Shown here: piece after piece, positions 45,563 through 58,671 of the stretch | Position numbering within the stretch: position 1 is the first letter of the stretch | Layout of the letters: every line of letters begins with the position of its first letter | Assembly (NCBI GenBank): GCA_020137815.1 | Contig: CM035352.1 | Location: forward strand, 2,790,001-2,854,000 | Reading direction: 5' to 3' | DNA length: 64,000 nucleotides | DNA from: Hormiphora californensis | Taxonomy: Eukaryota; Animalia; Ctenophora | Position numbers and translations under genes: made by a program | Notes under the pieces: model-generated | What the model saw: only the letters and a program-made list of their open reading frames with translations | Database searches by the model: none | Told to the model about the DNA's origin: nothing

Positions 45563-47850
45563 GTGGCATATTGCTTGATCATGACTCTAGCAGCAGCAGC
45601 AAAACATTGGATTCTCATCACGTTCCCAGTGTTGTGTGTGTGTTCGATGCCTCCCGTCGTTCCACCTCCAAACACCAACAATTCCATCTCCGTGGTCCCA
45701 ACCTTCCACCTAGCTAAAAGCAAAACGTTGGCACGTGATTTTATGTCAATTAAACGGTCCTGCAACATTGTCCCGAGCGAAGAGATCGTCCCGGATACCG
45801 AGCCTTCTCCACACGGGGATGATGATGAGCTCACATGTCCCTTTACTGCCAACCCGTTGACGACGTGTGATGGGTACAGCAAGGCATGTTTAGGAATGTC
45901 CTGGAGCTGCACCATTTCTAGTTGGAACACATGTGACGGGTACTCACAATGCCTGATGGATGAGTGTGGTAACGACTGTAACACTTCTGTTATCTACTGT
46001 CCAGGACCAGGTAGGGGCTGTGTCAGTATGGCCCAGGCGTGTGATGGGATTGCGGACTGCCCGGGAGGAGAGGACGAGAGAGCGTGTGAGGGGGCTCAAA
46101 ACCTCACATGTTTAAACCGAGAAGAACAGTCCATCAACTTGACAACTTCTCCCGCTGCTCTGTGTGGGGGTGCCCTAACCAAGCATGTAGCCCGGCCCAT
46201 TTGGAGATATTGTGGAGAATGCCAAGACAAGGGAGAAGTCACCGTAGTGGAACAATGCATTGCTTTCGTCGGGTCTTTTTCCAAGAACTCTCCTACTAGC
46301 AAGATCCAGGGAGAATGCAGGGAGAGATGCAACGTTACAAAGGAGCTATGTGGACTTATAATGGGAGGTAACAACCCCATAGTGCCAATGATGGGAATTC
46401 ACTTAGCATGCCTGTCAGGTGATTACCTATTGATTGGTGCCCTGTGTGATGGTGTTATAGATTGTCCAGACAGAAGCGACGAGAAGTATTGTCCAGACAG
46501 GTTTTATTGTAGTGTCAAGGACGCAGAGTGGGTTGAAGAGAGCAAGGTTTGTGATGGTTATCGAGACTGTAAAACGGGACTGGATGAGTGCAACACATGT
46601 GCCCGGGGTTTTTTCTCTTCGGACGAGCGGATAATCCGGCACACCACCTCCTGTGGAGTCTGCGTGTTTGTGGTTGTAGTGATCATCGCCGCTAACATTT
46701 ACCATCTCCTAGAGATAATTAACCACTCCCTGGACCCTGATGCAGGTAAACACATCCTTGTGGATAGGTTTCTAAGGATAGCACTCATTGTCCACGATCT
46801 ACTGATGGGGGTCTACCTGGGGTGTCTCCTTATCGCTAACTTCTGGTTCTATGGCCGGTACTGTCAATTTGATACGGAATGGAGGACGGGTACCTCTTGT
46901 CACGTTTTGGGGGTGTTATTCAGTGTCTCCTCACATGGATCTCTTTTAACTGTCCTTCTCATGTCCATAACCCGGGCCTACAAGTGCGCAAATCCACTAA
47001 CAGAGGGCTTTCGAAAGAGTTCTGTACACATCGTATCAGGACTCCTCCTACTACTAAATCTAGTCCATGCTACAATCCCGCTGGTCAAGATAGGAATAGT
47101 TCAGGAGGTGTTTAGAAATCACATCCAGATCCCCAACACTAACCCCTTTTTAGAGAAGCAGCACACAAACCTAAATATGTCTAGGATTAGTGAGATTCAC
47201 GCGGTGTTCTTTAGTAACAGTTCCAGTGCTGATTACTATGATAAGGTTCAAGATTTGAAGTCCATAACAAACACACCCGATATATTTGATGTCAAGGATT
47301 TCTCTCTCTACAGTTGGTCTCCAGTGTGCCTCCCTGACATGTTTACCACCCGGCCAGGTCCCATGGTCTACTACAAGATCTTATACGTATCCTGCTCTTG
47401 GGTTCGTGCTCCTCCTAGTGGCTGTATCTTACGGCCTCATATTGTATTCCATGGTGAAGACGTCCATAGTGAAGCCTAAAGATCAAAGAATTGGGGTGGT
47501 GGGAAAAAAGGTAGCGGTGATCGTGGGTGTCAAGTTCTCTACCTGGGTGTTTGTCCTGACCATCATGGTTTACACCATGGTGACAGAGGGTTTTGTGGGC
47601 TCGACCTGGTATGAAATTACATGCCATCATTATAATACCCATCAACAGTGGTCTAAATCCTGTATTCCATTCCGAGCTTTACAAGAAACTAACAGCACTA
47701 TGGACCCGGATATCCACTACAGTTAGCAAACTGACTAACACGAATGTTTTGGTGGATATCCATGCTGTAGCCCAGATGTCTACTGGACAGGCAGGGTCAC
47801 GAGGAGAATATAGAGATGAAGGACGATTGGTCCTGATCGCACAGGACTAG
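45563..47850 (+). CDS. Second LDLa-repeat class A GPCR, apparently intronless, with two frameshifts (~47395 and ~47620)
   Basis: LDLa modules (CDGIADCPGGEDE, CDGVIDCPDRSDE, CDGYRDC); TM motifs [31 protein letters not shown] and IIIPINSGLNPVF. True start uncertain. Confidence 0.82.
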
Positions 47851-48202
47851 CAGCGGAGACTGATCGTAGCGCCACGATATAGATTCCTCTGCAACAGACA
47901 GGTATGGACTCCACTTATAATAGACAGGTGTAATTTTTGGAAACCCAAGTGTTTAGAGCAATTAATTATTTGTTGTAAATTGTAGACCATAGTTATTAGT
48001 GCTATCATGAGTGCTTTTTACTTATATAATAAACTTCAGGAAATCACGAGTGCTGATGACGGAATATACATTATATATACGAAGAAGACGAAGTTAAAGA
48101 TGAAAGGGGGAGGAACAAAGACTGATATCGAGAAAGTGAGAGTACATCGGAGTACAAATAGAGACAAGACGTGTTTAGATTGCTTTTCCTAGATAAACAA
48201 GT

Positions 48203-48494
48203 TTCTAGAGAGCTAGAGAGAGTGGGAGGTTGAGATAAGAGAAGGGTTGGTGGAGACGATGAGCTAGAGAGTGGGAGGTTGAGATAAGAGAAGGGTTGGT
48301 GGAGACGATGTGCCGAATCTATCTGTGTATTGATGTTTGTAAATCAAGCTGCGATGGAGATGCTACATTTTATCATTTCAGACTTGATGGAGTGATATGG
48401 ATCAGGAAGAGAGAAATATGTGAAAGAGAGAGGGAGACAGGGAGAGAGAAGAAAAAAAGAGAGAGAGAGACAGAGACAGAGAGAGAGAGGGAGG

Positions 48495-48574
<80 letters not shown>

Positions 48575-48635
48575 AAGAGAGAGAAAGGGAGAGAGAGACA
48601 GAGAGAGAGAGACAGAGAGTCGAGAGAAAGAGAGA
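48203..48635. repeat. ~50-bp duplication followed by a (GA)n-rich microsatellite
   Basis: GAGCTAGAGAG...GAAGGGTTGGTGGAGACGATG occurs twice; GA tract at 48425-48635. Confidence 0.85.
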
Positions 48636-48754
48636 ATATATATTTAAATTGTAGCGGCTGGTTGTTATTCGCTTTTTAAGTAATGCTGTATGAATAATCA
48701 TATTGTGTTGTGGGCTAACTGCAGTTGTATGGCTTGTTAACATTTGTTGAGTTA

Positions 48755-49031
48755 GGGTCACCACACACCAAAGTTAAAATTAAAATTAAAATTTTGATTT
48801 TAAACCCGCGCACACCAGCGGCCGTTAAAATTTCTCTCCCCCATTCTAAAAGTAACAATCTCGCGCGCGATTTTAACGGCGTGTTAAAATTTTGTCATCC
48901 AACGCGACCGTCAAAATCGTGCGTGAGATTGTTACTTTTAGAATGGGGAGAGAAATTTTAACGGCCGCTGGTGTGTGCGGGTTTAAAATCAAAATTTTAA
49001 TTTTAATTTTAACTTTGGTGTGTGGTGACCC
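48755..49031. mobile_element. Palindromic MITE (GGG..CCC termini, TA/TWA flanks; PIF/Harbinger- or Tc1-like)
   Basis: TTA|GGGTCACCACACACCAAAGTTAAAATT ... AATTTTAACTTTGGTGTGTGGTGACCC|TAA; arms about 110 bp. Confidence 0.82.
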
Positions 49032-49248
49032 TAAGGGCTCAATAAGTTAACAGGTTATTGACTATTAGAGCTAGAGAGTTCTATACACTGGCAAGTGGCA
49101 GAGACGAGTTGCAGCGCCGCTATAATAATAGTCCACCCCATTCCACAATTCTACTACTACCGAGAATTCAAAAGTCGGAGCTCAGTATTATACAAAAAAC
49201 TATTTATAGAATTTACAAAATCACTCCACATATATTTCACAGCAGAAC

Positions 49249-52200
49249 CTACTCTCTATCAACAGTTTTCTGAATCTCTGCAAGAGATATTTTAGAATCA
49301 GTTCCCATCGCTAGACCCATACTACTATGCATTTCTTCCATCATGTGTTTCAGATAGAACAGTTGATTGTTGACAGTGATCTCACTCTCACGCAATTTGG
49401 CAACCTCTCTCTGGATCCGGTGTAGTTTCTTACTATCCGTCGTCTTATCCTGAAGGGAGGGATGGAGAAGGGATATAACTATGGGGGAATGACAGAGACA
49501 TGTACCAAGAGAAGATAGAGAACGAAATATTTGGAATAACAGAGTTTGATTGGGTGAAATGGGGGAACATTAGCACATCTCGTTAATTGGGTTAATTAAC
49601 ATCCCCTAACTACAGGAACATACCTGTCTGTTTCGTGATAATACTTCCTCAATGGCTTCACCTGTGAAGCTATAGTTGCGCCAGAAGGAAAACCAACCCT
49701 TTTTCCGGTTCGGATAGATTCGACCCTAAAATGAGATGTCAAGTGAGCTGTGTGGGAGAAATGTTGATTAGGGTGATATGACACAGAGAAAGATGAGAAG
49801 CGACAAGTAGTAGAGCTGAGATAAAACTGAGGTATTTGAAATATCATCCCATCTACTAGCAAAACTCCAATTTCCCAGAATCCAATTAATTATTACCTCT
49901 GGATGGTTTTTGCCCTGGTATTCCACCCGGAGTTTCTCAGTTAGAAAGATTTGGTCGATCCTCCCGGCAGACCGGAGAAGTTTAGCTTTTCGCAACGTCT
50001 CAGAAACGTCATCAACAGCGAGACCGACCTGGGGAGTAGAGTAATAGTAGGGCGCTAGGGTAGAAGATGGGTGTATTTTAATGTTCGAGCCACTTTTCAT
50101 TAGAGTCTGTGATTGATGTTCATCAAATCACACATGGAAAAGTTCTCAAATTCGAACTTTCTCCCCGGAATAAAACAGGCAATTAAATGTTTGCTAAAAA
50201 ATCAAAATCATCAACAATTCGTATAATTCTTGATACACAAAATCTTGTTCATCTAGTACTTCATAAGAAAAAGCAACTCTCATATTAGTGTCCATGTTCA
50301 TTACTCACAGCTGAATGAATGTAAACTCCCTCCTCTTCCTCCTGAACCAAGACATGTTCAGTATCTCTCGATAGGGCAGTCTTCTCAGGGGATCTTTCTC
50401 TAGAGCATACCTCAGGAACTCCCTTGCGTCTTGTGAAACCCGCACTATCCTCGGCTCATAGCTCTCTATCTCGAGTCTATTTGAGAATGGGTATCGTCCC
50501 ATGAGGAGTTTGAATGTTAAACACCCCAGGGCCCAGACAGCTCCCTCCAGTGCGTAGTACCGGCCCAGTAGGTAGAACTCAGGAGGAAGGAAGATGCTGG
50601 TACCTCTACCTCGAGTATAGGGAGCATCTCGGTCATACAGGGTGGCAGATCCAAAGTCTATCAGGGTAGTCTTCATGGTTAGGGTGTTGATCAACACATT
50701 CTCGTCTTTAACGTCTCGATGATCAATCCCTTGGGAGAGACAGTAGGTAAGGGCATGAGTGGACTTGTATCATTATCTCTCTAGTCGTGTCCTCACTAAC
50801 TCTCCCTCTTGCCACATAGTCGAACAGGTCCATAGTGTTATCAGTGAAGTCCATTAGTAGTAGCCAGTGGTTTGGTGTAGATAGGTAGCCATGTAGAGAG
50901 ACAATACCAGGGTGCTCCAATCTCTGTAGACAGTCTATCTCGAGAGGGATGGTCTGGCCGAATGGTGTCTTGACGTGTTGATTTACCCTCTTCCTGCAGA
51001 TCCTCTTCACCACAAGGGGTCGTCTGTCCTTCTTCCTCACCACCAGAGATATCTCTCCAAATCCACCCTCTCCTAGCTTCTTCTTGTGGGTGAAGTATCG
51101 GCGGAACTTCAGTTGTTCAACAAGGGAGACAAAGTAATCCATGGTAGAGAAACTTGTTGGGTAACAAAGAGAAACAATATGTTGTGAAGTCAGGGGGAAG
51201 CGAGGCAGTATAAGTACTGGAAGTGTATCTAGTCAGGTTCGTCACGTGATCAGCTACACGTGATTATCTCGACCCCCCACACCGAGGGGGTGTTGGGTGT
51301 CGCAATTGTGCGCCACAAGCACACATGACGTGAGAGAGCTGTTAACTAGACACTAGTTGTAACGAGATACATGTTATGTGAGATGTCCCATTCCAAGGAT
51401 ACTGAACAAGAGACAGACTCTACTAATCACCGTCATAATAATTACAACAAGATATAGTCCCCCCTGGAATATATCTCTCAACTAACCACTAACAATGATC
51501 CTTCCTAGGGCATGTTGTGCTTTTCCAGTAACCAATTGCAATATTATCTCACCACCCTCTCCACTAACCACGTCAACACTAAAAAACTACTGCACTTGTA
51601 CAACCAACCATCACCCTCGCATCCACAACTAACCACTCAACTACTGCACTGTTCTCTTCCAGTAACACTGTACTGACCACTCCACTACGCTCACAACCTC
51701 TAACAACTCCCCACCACTAACCAGTAAGTTGCTGAGCATGATGGTCATCCCAAACAGGAACATATGGAACACCACAAATGTAGAATAAGGGAAATCCAGG
51801 GGCAGAGAATCGTTCCTATCTGTCAGTATGGTGTAGTACATGTCGTAGTTGATTTCACCAGTCAACATGACCATCGCTTTGGAGTAGGAGAAGGGGAAGC
51901 TTTTGAAGGTACCGAACTGGAGGAGAGGGAAGGAATTGTTAGATGGGGAGGGTGGGTTATTTTAAAGAAATACAGAATCTGTGTAACCTGCCAGGGCAAT
52001 GCTCTGACAGAGTGTAACATGGTATTTTATACAACTTACCTTTCCTCCGAGTGTCATGTAAAGTCCAATTGCGAAAGGTAAGATAAACAGTAGGACAGGG
52101 AACATAACCGAGAGGAATTTGGAGAGAACGGATCGTGTCATGATGATAGTTAGACCAATGTAGGGGAGTTTCGTGAGAGAGAAGATGAAGTTTATCCAGG

Positions 52201-55200
52201 CTAACACGCTCACAAAACATCCAACCTAGATATTGGGAGGGGGTAGCTACTATCCTTCTAAAACTCTCTTTTGTGGATTCAACCTTTCTATTATGATTGA
52301 CATAGTGACAGAGAATAAGGAGCAGTTGCTTGTCGTCATAGTGGAAGGAAGGATGCTAATACTAACCTCCCATTGGAAATTGGATGGTACACTGTCACTG
52401 TAGGAGCTGACAACAAACACAATAGAGAAGATAAAGGTCAGCACTTCGAAGTAGTTGAGTGGGTCACTGAAAAATGGAAGGGATTAATTAAACACAAACT
52501 CTAAAGGTTTTGTTCTGTAGGAGAGAGTTACCTGAAGTAATTAGCTGTGTTTCGTAGCGCTTGAAGAACCTCGAGGAATAGTCGGAAGACTGCAATTAAA
52601 ATGGCGAGGGTTCCCATTATCATTAGGAGAGTATGGGGTCTAGATCCACCGGTCACATCTGGCGGTGTCTCAACTAAAGCAAACACACTGAAAGATGAAT
52701 GGATAGGTAGTTAGAAAGTTGAAATCTGCGTTTCTGGAAATTAGCTGTTCCATTTTGTGAGGTTTGCACGTAACCTGTGATTACTGAACTAATAAAAAGT
52801 GAAATGTGACCGTACGTGAGGAATGCAACAAATAGAAAGTTGAGAAGGATATTCAGGTAGTAGCCTGTTCTTCCGTACAGCTCCCACTTGTGGGTGATGA
52901 GGGACAGTACTAGGGGGTGATCCAACAACTCTATTCTGTTGTGCTCCAACTGTGTGGGGTGAGGGGGTGACGGTTGACATGAAATATTGAAATGTGTGTG
53001 GGATGTCATGGGGTGAGGGGGTGAAACATGTAGAATGAGGTGTATTCCTATCCGCTGATTGGTTTAGTTACCAATGGTAACTTACCATCGTGTGGAATGG
53101 ATGTACAGGGTGTTCGGCTGGGTTCTCAATCAGGCTGTAATCGAACTCAACCCAGTACTTTTCATCCTCTTCTGAAATCATGTCATCTGCACTAGTGCAC
53201 CTGTGGAGGGAAATCATCCTGTCATAAAAGAGCGATATAGGACAAGCGATATAGGACAAGCTATGTAGGACAAGCAGGTATAGTTGGAGGGAGGCCGAGG
53301 AGTTTAAAGGACATGTTGTTGTGACAAGGTAACTTAAATATTTAATTTACCTATCGAAGATGGTTCTAGCTTGCTCTGGATAGTGGATGATTAACATGTG
53401 TAGTGGTTTACAAGTTAGATTATTCTCCTCCCCATCTACCTTTATCATCACATCTGTTGCTGATACCACCCTACTCTCTGTAATGGTAATGACTTGTCAT
53501 ACTACATGACTGTTATGTCATGCAGCTCGAATTCGGCTATGGATTTGTGTAAATGTTCTAACCCTCCCCGAAACATAGTCTAGCTTGGCAAAGGAAGGAT
53601 ACAAACTGATACATTGAACTAATGAGTTATGAACATACTTTTCCGCAGAGCTTCCACAGGTTTAACTCTGATTGCATCTTTCCATCGATCACAGCCTAGT
53701 ATTACAGCCAGGACATTCTCATTGTTATGTTTAATTGCAGTCAGAAGGGGATTATCTCTGAACTCGTTGAAGGCGGAGATATCTGCTCCAGCTTCAATCA
53801 GCATCTTGGCAGTACCCTGGGGGACAAAGATTGTAGATACATAGAGAACCCCGGAAACAAAAATAAATAAGGAATTGATCACCAGTTATACTCATCACAT
53901 TCAACTTAAAAAGGGATACCACTGAACACACACACACACTCACCTCTTCGCCCCTCATAGCACAGTAGTGTAGAGGAGTGTTATCATTGACATCCTGTAC
54001 AAACACATCTGCCCCAGCTGCTAGGAGCTCCTGACAGATCTTCTTAGAGCCGCACTCAGCCGCAAAATGGAGGGCAGTTGCACCGTCCAAGTTACCTTTG
54101 TTGATCATCTCGTTCCCTCCTCCATTTATCAAAACACTGGATAAAATAGAAATAGTAGTTATGATTGGTCCCTGAGAGCTCTAAACCATCACCAATCTTC
54201 ACTAAATGTTCACATAATCACATACCGACATGAAAAAGTGAAACCAGCTCGAGCTGCAAGATGTAGAGGTGTATTTCCCTTCTTGTTTTCAATCCCAACA
54301 CAACCTTTATTTCGAGATATCATCAACTCCAGAATCCTGACGGAGGGGACTTGTTAACTCGCGGTCTACTGGGGGCAAAGAGAGGTAACTAAAGACTGAT
54401 CCTCAGACGGAACAATACAGTGCAGTACTACTCGAAGAGTAATTGCCGTATGATATGGTCGCGGTCGGCGATATACCTACTTCTTTCTTCCTTCCTTTGC
54501 TGCAAGATGAACAGGTGCATACCCACTCTTATTCGGTCTTCCCATCCGGTAACCGTTCCTTATCAAAATCTGAACACAAAAAATTATGAGTTTATCACTG
54601 TTCAGACCCCTAGTTTGTTTTTCAGTGAAATGACTGTATCTGTAGCTGTATCCCTCCCACCCATGATGTATCTCTGAAGATCTGACCCCACCAACTCAAC
54701 AATGTCCCTAACAATATCCCTGAACTGGACAGTGTCCCTCTGAACTCACCGAGGAGCAGGTGTAGTGGCCCAGTTGGGCAGCAACATGAAGTGGTGAGTT
54801 CTGTCCATTGTCTATATCATCCTCTATCTTGTTCTCTGTTCCCTGGAGTAACTTCATCAGGTACTCAAGCACTTCCACAGCATTGGCCTTCACTGCAAGA
54901 CATGAGGTGTTATCAACGTTTCACGCCAAGTAGGAGGGTAATAATAGGTAGGTATCAGTGACTCAGGTCAACCTTTGTGCAATGTTTCAATTTTCAAATG
55001 ATCTAAAGAAATATAAAGCATGTCAAGTCTACCTGCAATGTGTGTTGGTGTCTCCCCCGCACTGTTATGACCCATTGCAAGTGCACCGTTCTCAGTGAGG
55101 AACTCCACAACTTCCTTACTGTTACTTTGGACAGCCTTGAAGAAGGGTGTCTCTCCCAACTCGTCCTTAGCATCAATATCCACACCACTATGGGAGGTGG

Positions 55201-56717
55201 GTGTCATGCGTTATCAAGGATTGTAACCCGCGGGCCGCGGACAAACAGGAAACAAATCATGATGTGCCCACTGCCCCGACTGAGTAACTGGGTTGATGTA
55301 CTGTGTTGTCACTCACTTGTTTATAAGGGTAGTTACAGCCTCTAACTGTCCCTGCTGGCAGGCAACATGAAGCGGGCTCATACCACTAACAGTTGTCAAT
55401 GTTTTGTCTGCCCCTGAATTTAACAATATCTCCAAAACTTTACCATTACCTCCCGAGGCAGCATAGTGCAATGCCGTCTCTCCTGTGGGGAAACATGCGG
55501 TGTAAGATTGAGAAAAAGACAGAGGATTGTGGCATCAATAATATTGATATCTTTACCTTTTGTATTTTGGAAGTTCAAATTAAAGTTGACCCAGTTCTTG
55601 GCAGCCTTCACCAAGTGACCCACAACCGCTGCATTCTTGTACTGGCAGGCGTGAAGGAGCGGTGTCCTCCCCTCCTTATCCACCGCGGCTAACTCCTTCC
55701 CTCCTGGTCCCGCCGCCTCAATCAGCATCTTCACTATCCTAACATCTGCTACACCACACGCCAAGTGAAGGGCAGTCTGTTGTTTACTGAAAAAAGAAGA
55801 GAGTTAGTTCCAGGTCATGTACCAGTACATGGCGATGTTGACCCAGATAATGAAGTAAGGTACCTGTTTAGTTTGCTGCAGTTAGCCTTCTCATCCAATT
55901 CAAACAACAGTCCCCGGATACAGTCGGTGTGGTTATGGGCAGCTGCTAAATGAAGTGCTGTAGTTCCCACTCCCTCTTTCGCTACATTATCTGGAGGGAG
56001 AGAGGGGTACATTGGAGAACGGATAATTATGTGAAATGTTAAACTAAAGAATTGGAAAATAGACAATGTATATTTATTTGTTATTTGTTAACACTCCACT
56101 GACCAGTTTTGTTGAGATCGACTAGCAACTCCTTCCCGCTCCTAACGTTAACAAGAGTCCGGAGATTCCCTGCAAATCCCTTCCTAGCACACACATGAAG
56201 CGGAGTTCTGCCGAACTGTCCCTGGATATTAGGATCAGCTCCGTGAAGAAGGAGTTGTTCAATGGTGTCTTCTGCTCCTGGACTCCTACATGCCCAATGT
56301 AGTGCTGTGGCACCATCAGGACCCGTTATGTTGACATCTGTAGTAGTAGGGGAGAGGGTTTAGATGATGTGGATTGAAGGTACCCCGGCCTATCTTTTCA
56401 GACATTATCATTAATGGAGATGATCAGTCTCAATTGTACCTGCTTTGTGTGCTGTAATGAGATGCCGTACTGCCTCACTACAAACCCTGTCCGCTGCATA
56501 GTGCAGTCCTGTATACCCATCTAATGGATTAGGTGCATCTACATTTTGCCCCTTCTTAATACACAGATCTATTGTCTCAGTGTCTCCATCACCACACGCC
56601 TGGGGAGAATTAATGGTTATAGGTAGGTAGTACGCGTTGATAAACAGTGTGAGAAGTTGATCAGTTTCTGAGGGCTTCTTGACAACAAACCTGGTAGAAG
56701 TTCTTGGTCCTATCCAT
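49249..56717 (-). CDS. TRPA-family ankyrin-repeat cation channel (~20 exons)
   Basis: Likely start MDRTKNFYQ|ACGDGD; many ankyrin exons (GYTGLHYAA, GTTALHLAAAHNH, GRTPLLHAC, GETPFFKA, NSPLHVAAQLGH, GATALHFAA); RIELLDHPLVLSLITHKW; TM and pore exons (KAMVMLTGEINY; FLFGMTIMLSNLL|VGLAVDDVSETLRKAKLLR); GRIYPN; C-terminal coiled coil ending at the stop at 49249. Confidence 0.85.
50305..51142 (-). CDS. PIM-family Ser/Thr kinase, intronless with one frameshift (~50760), nested on the same strand in a TRPA intron
   Basis: LGEGGFG, LVVKRI, IPLEI, MDLFDYV; after removing one base: HALTYCLSQGIDHRDVKDENVLI...LIDFGS...GTSIFLPPEF...VWALG. HRDxKDEN is typical of PIM kinases. Confidence 0.85.
51241..51265. 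promoter_or_regulatory. Paired E-boxes (GTCACGTGAT, CACGTG) ~100 bp upstream of the PIM-like ATG
   Basis: GTCACGTGATCAGCTACACGTGAT visible directly. Confidence 0.35.
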
Positions 56718-57004
56718 GGTATGACTTGAACCCTACCACATTCAAGGCTGGAGCTAAAACAGTCAAACATTTGCTACCATTGTAATTTGAAAACTGACAG
56801 GAAAAAGGTAAACAAATGCCGTGTCAGACAAATCCCGTGACCCGTCTTTAAAATTCAGTAATCAATTTGCTAGGAAACTGCTACCTGGTTTTATCTTCAC
56901 AGTAATTTCTTCGCTTAAGATATGTTTCAAGTTCTTAGTGTGTTTATTTAAAATTCAGTAGTGCTCCGTCATACTGGCATAGCGGGCCATAGTGCCGACT
57001 GCCG

Positions 57005-57850
57005 CCCAATAACAATCCATATAATAAATTCCAAAATGTTAGTCCGATAATTGTTTTCTCCCTACTCCTCCTACAGTTTTTGAGCTAGACCCCTGAAAAT
57101 TTGTACACTGGTACTTTGGACCAAGGCGGGTGTAAGTACGGGCTCAGATTTTTGATCCGATCTTTACAACAGTGACGTCACGGGGTGACGTCATTGCGAC
57201 AAAAAGACTTACATTTTTCAAACGCTTCTAAGACCCTGAAAACGGCTCTAAATCAAAAAACTAACGCAATAGTGGGGAAAGAGAATCGTTTGAACTTCAT
57301 TTTACATGATAGCGATTTCCCGTAACTCAATGTTTAAGGGTCGTAAATCGCGTCGGGAAAGTTAAAAATGCCAAAAATACGATATTTTTCACCGTAGCCA
57401 CCCAAAATCTTATCCAATCGATATGAAACTTGGTCGTTATGTGAATTTTAATGTCCTTTGGCCAGGGGTTCCCGGAAAACGGATTGGCAAGATGAGAACT
57501 GACCGGAGTTCTTATAATTCTAAATTCACGAATTTGGAATTTTTCGTCGACTTTTTTTTGGCGAGGAAATTTTCAATACAATGAATTTTAAAATTTTACA
57601 CTGCGCGCGTAATTTTAGGTTCCGCGCGCGGCGTAAAAAAGCAGCGCTTTTTCGGGAAAATTCGCGTGTTACAGTAAATGATTTACCCGCCTCGCCAAAA
57701 TTGTAACGCGCTCCTACTATGAGACTCATTGCTCTAAGGAACAAACAAATTAATTTATCTTTTAAAAATCAAACACAAATGTCACCGGTTATATGAGGAT
57801 AAATTACCATTTACCAGGTCACGGGTTCCCAGCAAACGGGTACTCTAGTA
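57005..57850 (+). mobile_element. Non-autonomous Helentron/HINE-like element upstream of TRPA
   Basis: Non-coding AT/CG-rich block containing CTACTCCTCCTACAGTTTT and ending ACGGG...ACGGGTACTCTAG|T. The classification rests on resemblance only. Confidence 0.4.
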
Positions 57851-58671
57851 ACAATAACATTATACATATTTAAATCGCTTTTGAGCTATATAATGCTATT
57901 TTCGATCAGCTTAAACAGCGTCCTCTCGATAATAGCAAGCTTTCTAAAGCGCTTCATCGCAGAAATAACCTATAGACATTCGTCCTCGTCGTCATAGATA
58001 ATAAATTATATAAAAATAAAAACGGACTTAGATAGTTAATAAATTAGATACAAAAGACAGACTGAACACCGATGGACACACAAATACATGCAACACACAC
58101 ACACACACACATCATACACATACAAATTCATACAAACACAAGCAAGTACTTAACATACGAACAATTAAGCACACAACCAAATTCACCAACGTCCAACGGA
58201 GTCCAGAGATAATCAACCCTACCACGGGCCACGACGCGCAAAAGAGCATTCAATGTCAGCGGACTGCATCTTGACGTCGTTGACCGCGTCGTAGGCAACG
58301 CTTTAGGCGAGCGACCAATACGACGGCGGACGGAGCACCGCTGGTGCCTGGTAAACTCACTTGACCACAAGACCGAGAAATCAGGGAAAAAAACGGGGGG
58401 AAAACGCGAGCGAAACAATTTTTTCGTAAAATAGTTTCAGAATAAAATAATTGCGCGGCGGTCTTAGCGCGCAAAAGATTTACGCGCGGTTGGTTTATAA
58501 ATTTTGACGGTTTGAATCCGAACTTTTAACAAACTTAAACAATATGCATAAGATAAAACAATAATTTAAGAATAAAAGTTAACACAAGAATACGGATAAT
58601 AAAATAGTCTTGCTTCTCATGCTTTTGTTGAAAATTAAAATAACTGTAAAAATAAATTAAAATACAAAACT

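Noticed and set aside
57526-58474. Short ORFs upstream of TRPA
   Set aside because: They lie in transposon-like or non-coding sequence and show no recognisable protein motifs.
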